20,000 nucleotides of DNA from Piedraia hortae CBS 480.64 (taxonomy: Eukaryota), in contig MU006025.1 in NCBI GenBank assembly GCA_010093745.1, positions 49,628-69,627 of the forward strand, in the 5' to 3' direction. Positions 1-7,959 of the stretch are shown here, piece by piece (within the stretch, counting starts at the first letter, position 1; every line of letters begins with the position of its first letter). The position numbers were made by a program, and so were the translations under genes. The notes below the pieces were generated by a model. That model saw only the letters and a list, made by a program, of their open reading frames with translations, was not told the DNA's origin and made no database searches.

Positions 1-414
1 TCCTCTGGATCGGGCAGCAGTGGTTCGGGCTCGTCTGGCTCTGGCTCGTCTGGCTCCGGTTCCTCTGGCTCGGGCAGCTCCGGCAGCGGCAGCTCTGGAT
101 CTGGCTCCTCGGGCTCGGGCTCGGGCTCGGGCTCAAGCGGATCTGGAAGCAGCGGATCTGGCTCATCTGGATCTGGCAGCTCTGGCAGTGGCTCCTCCGG
201 CTCGGGAAGCTCTGGCTCCGGTTCGTCTGGCTCCTCTGGCAGCGGTTCCTCGGGCTCTGGCTCTGGGTCCGGCTCCGGCGGCTACTCCAGCAACGGCAAC
301 AATGCCTCTGGCAGCAACTCTGGCAGCTCCAGCAACGGCAACAGCGCCTCCGGCAACTCTGGCTCCGGCAGCGGAAACACAGGCTACGGCCAGCCTCACG
401 GCTACGGTGCTTAA
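1..414 (+). CDS. C-terminal part of a Gly/Ser-rich low-complexity protein (5' end outside window)
   Basis: Frame +1 is open from base 1 to TAA 412-414 and reads SSGSGSSGSGSSGSG...GGYSSNGNNASGSNSGSSSNGNSASGNSGSGSGNTGYGQPHGYGA*. Varied synonymous Ser/Gly codons indicate a protein-level repeat. The listed ORFs 20..430 and 163..399 are its shadows. Confidence 0.8.
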   Translation, partial: SSGSGSSGSGSSGSGSSGSGSSGSGSSGSGSSGSGSSGSGSGSGSSGSGSSGSGSSGSGSSGSGSSGSGSSGSGSSGSSGSGSSGSGSGSGSGGYSSNGNNASGSNSGSSSNGNSASGNSGSGSGNTGYGQPHGYGA

Positions 415-694
415 ATCATCGCAAGAATAGAAAAACTACTCATGGAAGGATAAGAACACAGAATGGATATGATTCAGACTTTCGTTATCAGTTTTGTTGT
501 TGCGGAGGGGGGGGAGGGGGGGTTGTTTTTTCTTTGCGTGGGTTTTTAAGATTAAGATAGTTACCATTGATGGGACTGACTGTTTATATCAGTTGTGGAT
601 TTGCTTGTAAGCTTCAATCTAAGTAAGATTGCGATGAAGATGTTTTCACCCTGTTTGGGTTCGTTAGTTTGGCAGGAAGACTGATCGAGTTGCA

Positions 695-1510
695 CCGAAA
701 CCTCTAATTGGATGCAGATAAGGAGAAGAGGGGAGGATGGCTTTGCATCTTACTCCCAGACAAAGGGTTTGTTGACTGCAAGGATTGATAGAGACATATT
801 TCCGTTAGTCTTACTCGCATCGCTACGGTGGATAATCCTCTGTGAGATGCAGGGTTTTGTGCATTCATGGCTGTAGGTTGACTGTACATATATGTATGAG
901 GCTTGATCAAGATTTATTCTACCATTTTTCATGAACACTGATAGGGAACGATGGAGGAATGACCTCCCTTTCGGGCCGAGGGTGCATTTCTTGGGATCAA
1001 TCAGAATTTGATCATGCGAAGGAGTCTGCTGGACTTTTGGATTGTTATGAGTTCAATTGAGCAGGATCAAGGCCTGGCTGAAATTGAAGAGTGGACGTGC
1101 TTAGGGATGAGAGGCAGGGAGTTTAGATCAGAAGTAGACAATGGATATATGGTATGAAGAGAGCTCGGGTTTAGGCTGAGAAGTTCTAAGATGGATGGTA
1201 CTTTGATTACGTATACAGTTTTATTAGAGTAGTGGTATCATCATTTCTAGGAGCATTGCGACGGGACACCGACTATATTCGATCAATGACGAAAATCACC
1301 CATTTAACAGGACAAACTGCCTTTCAAGGCTAAGAAGACTTCCAGTTGTACAATATCCGCTGAGAGTGCTACGAACATATAATCTCGTTGGTACTTTGCA
1401 ATGCGGATGACAAGACTATGGACAGATGATTGTGAAGTAAACTGAATCTAAAGCTCAGTTGTCGGAAACAGGAACTTGGCTTTGGCGGGTAGGAGAGTCT
1501 TGAAGGGGGT
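695..1510 (+). mobile_element. Highly decayed Ty1/copia RT-RNaseH relic
   Basis: Manual translation with stops and frameshifts gives ordered copia-like motifs: KPLIGCR (~K.+GC+WV), GFASYSQTKG..DIFPLVLLASLRWII (~GFSQ..G.D..ETF.PVV+L.S+R), L*VDCTYMY (~MDV.TAYL), GPRVHFLGSIRI (~LG...FLG+.I). A purine tract GAAGGGGG at 1502-1509 follows. Boundaries approximate. Confidence 0.5.
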
Positions 1511-1948
1511 TTGCGACGAATGGTACGCCAGGAGGGTTCTAGGTGGCTAGATAATTATCCACCAGGGCAGTCACAGCGAGGTGATATCGTTGGGACTGGC
1601 AAGTCCTTTGAGATAAACACTTGGCTATGAACACCCTCCCTAGATTTATGCCTGTTCATCGTAGTACTAGCGGCCTCTGTGCGGCAAATAAGCGGATCAG
1701 GGATGAAAAATCTTTCAAGAGAGCTTCTTCGCATTGGCAAAGCTGAACCAGTGAATACGCATGGAGCTCATTTTATAACCCGAGGAGCTTAAAGAACTTA
1801 GCTTTCAGTTCACACCGCTTTTGACGCAACAGAAGGTTTTCCTTATGCCTAGTGGTTTCATCAGTTTTCGTACATCAACGAGTCTCTGAACTTGATCACA
1901 AGAACCATTGATTAAGACCCCGAGCACCAGAACACGCCATATACTCCA

Positions 1949-3475
1949 TCAGATCACCTCCATCGCCTCTTTCAACAATCCTCCCAACTCATTCAACCCC
2001 CCTCCTTCCTCTGCAGTAACAATCCTCTTCGGAATAACCCCCTCAACCGCAACCTCCCTCCTCACCTCCCTAGCTAACTCCCCCTCAACCAAACTCTGAT
2101 ACCCAACCCCCCCAAAATCCCCCACCCTAAACTCCTGTTTCGTAAACTGCTGTCCCAACACACTCACAAGCGTCGCAACATTCGGATGCCAATGCGCTCT
2201 TAACGCCCACAACTCCCAAAGCGAAGACTCAATCGCCCTAGTCTTCATCACATCTCGCTCCTCCGGCAGAAAAGGATCCTCCCTGAACCCCTCCCCCTGC
2301 CAGATCAAATGCGCAGCATGCCGCGCCCGATGCAGCAGAAACCCCAGCCTCGGATGCTTTTTAATCAAATTATACACGAACGGCACGATCCACACCGCCG
2401 CCCCCGGCGGCGCCATGAGCGCAAGTCTCCCCAACCTCTTCGCAAAACTCGCCACGATCCCCACCGGGAGGTGTGTCGACATCATGACTTTCTCCAGAAA
2501 CGTCAAAAACTGGCCGCGATGTTTAGAATGCAGGACTCCCTCGTCGAGGAGGGAGTACAGATGGGTGTATAAGTCGGGATAGTCGAGGTTGTGGGTTGTT
2601 ATGAGTGTATAGATACTCTGCAGCGCGAGGAGGGCAGCGGACCCTCCCGTGGAGAAGGTTGTGGTGAGGAAGTCGGAGAGAAGTTCCGGTCGGGAAGAGA
2701 ACCACGGGAGGAGGTGGGTGGGTGTGGATTTTAGGATTGACTTGTGGGTTTGAACAGGGGGGTTGGAGCGGAAGATGGATAACCAGGCTGCTTGCGCGAT
2801 TTTGGTGAGGTTTTTGGGGTGGTGGGTTTTGTTGTTTGGATTGGGGGTACTGCCGAACCATGTTGGTGGACGGGATGGGTTGGAGGGTGATGGGGTTGAG
2901 GTAAGGAGTTCGATTGCGTGGGTTGGGGGTATTTTGGGGAGGGCGGGGATTGCGAGGAAGGTGTAGAATTGTACGTCGGTGTACTTGTCCACGTATTTTT
3001 CGGCGAAGTCGATGCGTGCGTTGCTGGCGCTGGGTGTTGTGAGGAGGGCGGAAAGGAGGGCGTGGAAGGTTTTGGTGCGCCAGGCGTGGTCTGATCGTTT
3101 GCCGGGTTGCGATGTCTCGGCGCAGACGATGCGCATGAGGAGTGTTACGGCTGCGGTTTGGTCTGGACCGGAGAGCCATTGGCTGAGGGTTTTGACGTAG
3201 GTTTGGAGTTGTGTATTGAGCCATTTGAATTCTTCGTCATCGGGTGATCTTTTGATTAAGCGATCGTTGGAGATCAACCGGCAGAATACTCGACATAGGG
3301 ATATAGCTGCCAGAGTAGAGGGGAGGAGTTTTTGCAGCTCTTCAATGTCCTTGAGATGGTCGCCGGATTGGAGAATTCGCTCTTCTAGGAGGAGAATTCT
3401 CGACTCATCATCGCGCGCAATCTTTTTATTTGCCTTTTCCTCGCCGCCCACGCGCTTCCTCTTCTCGACGGCCAT
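1949..3475 (-). CDS. NOC4: Nucleolar complex protein 4 (CBF/Mak21 domain, 40S biogenesis), about 508 aa
   Basis: Noc4 motifs ELLSDFL, HNLDYPDLY..LYSLL, HSKHR..F, STHLPVGIVASFAKRLGRLAL.APP, VPFVYNLIKKHP, DPF, AIESSLWEL..L..HWHPNVATL. Start placed at ATG 3475 (MAVEKRKR) because the upstream part of the listed ORF is antisense to ATP4. Confidence 0.93.
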   Translation of the reverse strand: MAVEKRKRVGGEEKANKKIARDDESRILLLEERILQSGDHLKDIEELQKLLPSTLAAISLCRVFCRLISNDRLIKRSPDDEEFKWLNTQLQTYVKTLSQWLSGPDQTAAVTLLMRIVCAETSQPGKRSDHAWRTKTFHALLSALLTTPSASNARIDFAEKYVDKYTDVQFYTFLAIPALPKIPPTHAIELLTSTPSPSNPSRPPTWFGSTPNPNNKTHHPKNLTKIAQAAWLSIFRSNPPVQTHKSILKSTPTHLLPWFSSRPELLSDFLTTTFSTGGSAALLALQSIYTLITTHNLDYPDLYTHLYSLLDEGVLHSKHRGQFLTFLEKVMMSTHLPVGIVASFAKRLGRLALMAPPGAAVWIVPFVYNLIKKHPRLGFLLHRARHAAHLIWQGEGFREDPFLPEERDVMKTRAIESSLWELWALRAHWHPNVATLVSVLGQQFTKQEFRVGDFGGVGYQSLVEGELAREVRREVAVEGVIPKRIVTAEEGGGLNELGGLLKEAMEVI

Positions 3476-3600
3476 GTTTAGTTTTATTCTGCTGTGAGAT
3501 TTGCTGATTGTGGGTGGTGGGTTGTGGACTCGGGCCGGGCCGGGCCGCAGCGACTCCCGACCCGACGGCGTGAGAATCAGCACAAACACCTCCTGATCCA
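3476..3600. promoter_or_regulatory. Bidirectional promoter NOC4/ATP4 with (CGGGC)x3 at 3531-3545
   Basis: Only 125 bp separate the two divergent ATGs. A tandem GC pentamer lies in the middle. Confidence 0.6.
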
Positions 3601-4481
3601 ATGGCTTCGCGCTTTGCAAAGACGGCTCTGGGTGGGTAGACTGCTTAGACCTGTGTAATGTTGCTGACATTCCAGGCGCCACTCGAGTGCGGCCGACGGC
3701 GCTGCCGCTGCGCTCCTTTGCGCCCACGACGTTTGCGACCACAGCGGCGCCCAAGGCCGAAACCCCCAAGGCGCCGCAGGTCCCGCAGAAAGACCCGAAG
3801 TCGACGGCTGAGTCGTTCCTCGATGCTCTGCCGGGCAACAGTCGTTCCAGCAAGGCGGCGATCCTGTCGGCCGGAACAGGTCTCAGCGCCGTGGCCATCA
3901 GCAACGAGCTCTTCGTCGTCAACGAGGAGGCAATCGTCATGGTGTCGTTGCTGACCATCTACTGGGCCCTTTACAACTATCTCGGGCCAATGTACCGGAG
4001 CTGGGCCGACGGCATGGCCGACAAGTACAAGAACATCCTCAACGCCGCGCGCGAGCATCACACCAATGCCGTCAAGGCGCGCATTGGCACTGTCAAGGAC
4101 CTGAGCGGCGTTATTGACATTACCAAGGACCTTTTCGCCGTTTCCAAGGTAACTGAAGCACTATGATCGTCGAATTTGTATGCTAACTGCCTAGGAAACC
4201 GCCCAGCTCGAGGCCCAGGCCTACGAGATGGAGCAAAAGACAGCGCTGGTCAGCGAGGCCAAAAACGTGCTGGACAGCTGGGTGCGATATGAAGCCCAGG
4301 TCAAGCAGAAGCAGCAAGCGGAGCTGGCGCAGACGGTCATTGCCCGCGTGGAAAAGGAGCTCAAGGACCCCAAAGTGCTTGAACAGATCCTCAAGCAGAG
4401 CGTGGCCGACGTGGAGCGTAAGTTGATCCATATACCCTGAGTGAAGCGACTAACAGTACAGGCATCGTCGCCAAGAAGTAG
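3601..4481 (+). CDS. ATP4: Mitochondrial ATP synthase Fo subunit b (subunit 4), 248 aa; exons 3601-3631, 3676-4148, 4195-4417, 4462-4481
   Basis: Presequence MASRFAKTALGATRVRP; motifs DALPGNS..SK.AILSAG.GLS, ISNELFVVNEE, LFAVSKETAQLE, VLDSWVRYE, ILKQSVADVERIVAKK*. Introns 3632-3675 (44 nt), 4149-4194 (46 nt) and 4418-4461 (44 nt) are GT..YAG with GCTGAC/GCTAAC/ACTAAC branch sites and give one continuous frame. Confidence 0.96.
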
Positions 4482-4619
4482 ATGTGTAAATACTGTTTCA
4501 GACATTCACCGTAGTTTCTCCTATAGTGAAGCGCCAGTGGCGTGGTCACCGTCGTCTTGTTTTCTACCAGAATCGCTGAAGCCGCTCCTAATCTTTTTCT
4601 TTTTTTTTTTTTTCCTACA

Positions 4620-7097
4620 ATGTCTCTTTCCCTGGCTCATATGAATGATGACAACGTATCATCCGAAGAAGACAGCCCTGTAGTGTCGCCTGATAGCGAA
4701 AACACTGGCCAGGAGGAGACGGCCGTGGCCGATGACTCCCAGGACGAAGAGGGCGACGCGGTCAAGGGCTTCCTGCCGCGTGACAAGCAGAAGAAAACGG
4801 CGCACTTCAACTACCATCTGGAGAAGCAACTCTCTCATGTTGAGGCGCGTCAGTTTTATCAGGCCTCACGCCAGACTACGGGGGACGAATCCGTGATTGA
4901 TGAGCTTCCGTCGCACGATGCCCACGGCAACAACAAGGCGGAATACACGGCCGGATCCAACGTCCAAGCAGGTGTGTTGATGCCAGCAACGTACGACGCA
5001 GTCGGCACCGACGCTAACACTTACCAAGCAGAGAAATCGGCGGTGCGGCCGGCTATTGAAGCTGCTCTGCCGACGGGCCCAGACGGAAGCGTCACGATAG
5101 AGCTGCAGGCCATCTACAACAAGATCCAAAAGATTCTTGATCTGCGGCATAAGTATATCCGTCTCAGTCTCCAGGGCGTAGCGGATAATCCGCGCGACGA
5201 GCCCGGGTGGAACATTTACCCGCCTCTGCCTGACCAAGACGCACCCAAGCGTAAGCTGGGCGAGGAGATTGGAGAAGATTTTGTCCTACAGGATTGCTTC
5301 CCACTGCCACCTGAGTCGGAGATGACCTATTCTCTGGATGACAACGGAGTATATCAGGTGTATGAGAACTCCGTGTCCAGCTCGCCCATCCAGGCCATTC
5401 CAACTCTGCGAGAGTTCTACATGGACTTGAATGCCATTCTGGATATCAGCAGCGATGGGCCGAGCAAGTCGTTTGCGTTTCGTCGTCTGCAGTATCTTGA
5501 AGGCAAGTATAATGTTTACTCTCTGCTGAACGAGTACCAGGAGATTGCAGACACCAAAGCAGTGCCTCATAGAGACTTTTACAATGTCCGCAAAGTGGAC
5601 ACTCATGTTCATCACTCTGCCTGCATGAACCAGAAGCACTTACTGCGGTTCATCAAAAGCAAAATGAAGAAGAACCCCGACGAAGTCGTCCTCTTCCGCG
5701 ACGGGAAACATCTCACCCTAAAAGAAGTCTTCGAATCAATCAAACTAACCGCCTACGACCTCAGCATCGACACCCTGGACATGCATGCCCACACGGACAG
5801 CTTCCACCGCTTCGACAAATTCAACCTCAAATACAATCCGGTAGGGGAGAGCCGTCTGCGCACCATCTTCCTCAAAACCGACAACTTCATCCACGGGCGG
5901 TACCTCGCCGAAATCACAAAAGAAGTAATCAGCGACCTCGAAAGCGGGAAATACCAAATGGTCGAATGGCGGATCAGCATCTACGGGCGGGACAAACATG
6001 AATGGGACAAATTGGCAGCCTGGGTTGTCGACAACAAACTCTTCTCCCCCAACGTCCGTTGGCTAATCCAAGTACCCCGTCTCTACGACGTCTACAAAGG
6101 CAGCAACAGCATGTCTACCTTTGAAGAAGTCATCCGCAACGTCTTTGAGCCCTTGTTCTCCGCGACCAAAACCCCCTCCTCCCACCCAAAACTCCACATC
6201 TTCCTCCAACGCGTCATCGGCTTCGACAGCGTGGACGACGAATCCAAACCCGAGAGGAGGATCTACAGGAAATTCCCCCTCCCAAGGGACTGGAACACCC
6301 TCCAAAACCCACCATACAGCTACTGGATCTACTACCTCTTCTCCAACATCGCCAGCCTCAACGCATGGCGCAAAGCACGGGGTTTCAATACCTTTGTCCT
6401 CCGCCCTCACTGCGGCGAAGCAGGCGATCCCGAACATCTCGCAGCGGCGGTGTTATGCTGTCATAGCATTTCCCACGGTTTGCTCCTCCGAAAGGTGCCC
6501 CTGTTACAATACATCTTCTACCTCGAACAAATCGGCGTAGCAATGTCTCCTTTATCAAACAACGCGTTATTCCTCTCTTACGAACGGAATCCGTTTCTGC
6601 AATACTTCCGCCGCGGACTAAACGTATCCCTCAGCACCGACGACCCACTGCAGTTCGCGTTCACCAAAGAGCCGCTGATAGAAGAATACGCCGTCGCAGC
6701 GCAGATATACAAACTCTCCGCAGTGGATATGTGCGAGTTGGCGAAGAATAGCGTTTTACAGAGTGGGTTTGAGCACGCGTGTAAGAAACGGTGGTTGGGG
6801 GAGGAGTATTTTTTGCAAGGGAAGAGGGGGAATGATGTCGCGAAAACGAATGTGCCGGATTTGAGGGAGGGCTATAGAGATGAGACGCTTAAAGCGGAGA
6901 GGGAGATGGTGGGAAGGTTTCGGAGTCAGGAAAGTGAGAAGAGGGAGGCTCCGCGGCAACAGCCCCCCGCTGCCGACGATGGGACAGATGCACCTAAGAT
7001 TTTCCCCGGAATTATGGCGAGGAATAGACGACTCTCGTCGATGACGGGGCATAATGATGGGGTGAGAGGGGGACATTGGACTATTACTGAAGAGTAG
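4620..7097 (+). CDS. AMD1: AMP deaminase, about 825 aa, apparently intronless
   Basis: HRDFYNVRKVDTHVHHSACMNQKHLLRFIK (Zn ligands), FHRFDKFNLKYNP, FDSVDDESK, LRPHCGEAG, SLSTDDPLQF signature. Start is ATG 4620 (after a poly-T tract) or ATG 4641. Confidence 0.97.
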   Translation: MSLSLAHMNDDNVSSEEDSPVVSPDSENTGQEETAVADDSQDEEGDAVKGFLPRDKQKKTAHFNYHLEKQLSHVEARQFYQASRQTTGDESVIDELPSHDAHGNNKAEYTAGSNVQAGVLMPATYDAVGTDANTYQAEKSAVRPAIEAALPTGPDGSVTIELQAIYNKIQKILDLRHKYIRLSLQGVADNPRDEPGWNIYPPLPDQDAPKRKLGEEIGEDFVLQDCFPLPPESEMTYSLDDNGVYQVYENSVSSSPIQAIPTLREFYMDLNAILDISSDGPSKSFAFRRLQYLEGKYNVYSLLNEYQEIADTKAVPHRDFYNVRKVDTHVHHSACMNQKHLLRFIKSKMKKNPDEVVLFRDGKHLTLKEVFESIKLTAYDLSIDTLDMHAHTDSFHRFDKFNLKYNPVGESRLRTIFLKTDNFIHGRYLAEITKEVISDLESGKYQMVEWRISIYGRDKHEWDKLAAWVVDNKLFSPNVRWLIQVPRLYDVYKGSNSMSTFEEVIRNVFEPLFSATKTPSSHPKLHIFLQRVIGFDSVDDESKPERRIYRKFPLPRDWNTLQNPPYSYWIYYLFSNIASLNAWRKARGFNTFVLRPHCGEAGDPEHLAAAVLCCHSISHGLLLRKVPLLQYIFYLEQIGVAMSPLSNNALFLSYERNPFLQYFRRGLNVSLSTDDPLQFAFTKEPLIEEYAVAAQIYKLSAVDMCELAKNSVLQSGFEHACKKRWLGEEYFLQGKRGNDVAKTNVPDLREGYRDETLKAEREMVGRFRSQESEKREAPRQQPPAADDGTDAPKIFPGIMARNRRLSSMTGHNDGVRGGHWTITEE

Positions 7098-7159
7098 ATT
7101 TAGGTAGGGGACGCTTCGAGGGCAAGGGGGTTTAGGTACATGGTAGAGACGCTTCGCGG

Positions 7160-7554
7160 CTAAGAGACTTTGTTGAGCCATCGCTCCAGGTCGAAGGACG
7201 GGTTGCTGAAATCTGTGGTACCTGGTACTGTTAGTTATGAGCGCAGCAAGGGGGAGGAAGGGGTGAAGGGGTGAGGGAGACAGCGCGAGCGAAGCATCCC
7301 TACCCCTTCCAACACTCCCCCCCCCCTCCCTCTTCTTCCCCCCTTTATGGCTAAAACATACCATCATCCTCATCCCGACTATGCAGCTTCCTAAACTCAT
7401 TTCGTGCTTGGTCAATCAGCTGCTGCTTGCGGTCGTAGTCGTGTTTCGCGGCTGCGGCTTTATCGCGCGCGGTGATGGTAGTTTGATGGGAGAAGCCATA
7501 GAACACGCCGAGAGCCATGGCGGCCCAGCGCGAGATGTTGACTGCTGTTGACAT
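7160..7554 (-). CDS. TIM11: Mitochondrial ATP synthase subunit e (Atp21/Tim11), 84 aa; exons 7554-7362 and 7221-7160
   Basis: MSTAVNISRWAAMALGVFYGFSHQ (VN.RW.AL..G+.YG, GxxxG helix) followed by a coiled coil. Intron 7361-7222 (GTATGT...ACTAAC..CAG) joins a C-terminus GTTDFSNPSFDLERWLNKVS*, matching the fungal D...P.FDLE tail. Confidence 0.9.
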
Positions 7555-7959
7555 CTTTGGGGTGACTTGAAAGAAGGAGGAGAAGGGATGCTTCGCGCGT
7601 TGAGAAGGTGCGGATGGGGGGGTGGGCGGAATTGATTCCGCGATGATACGGAAGACAGAGGAGATAAATTGGTTGCGGGATGAGAAGGTGAAAGCTATGA
7701 ACATGATTGCTCTGTCGATGGCTGACGGGTGAACGGCGATTCGATAATCCATGGAGACAATGACACCGTCGTCTCCACCGGTGACGCGAATAAGCACCTC
7801 GACTATGGCTGCAGAGCTCATTGGCGGTGGTAACCGCCAGGCTAATCTCTATACTTTTTCATGAACCTAGGTAGAAAACGAATCGGCTACCCCATCATCC
7901 TTGGATTTTGGGGGATCACGTTTTGAGAAAACAAAGAGGGAAGGCGGATTTGTTTTACC

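Noticed and set aside
507..522. G8-A-G7 run followed by T-rich DNA
   Set aside because: Low-complexity 3' UTR sequence consistent with the general G/T-rich gene ends; no specific function is supportable.
3476..3958. 161-aa N-terminal extension of the 669-aa ORF
   Set aside because: It is the antisense shadow of ATP4 exons 1-2 and the promoter; NOC4 begins plausibly at 3475.
7555..7821. 89-aa extension on the subunit e ORF
   Set aside because: Subunit e proteins start at the MS..VN motif with no long presequence; the extension has no recognisable similarity.
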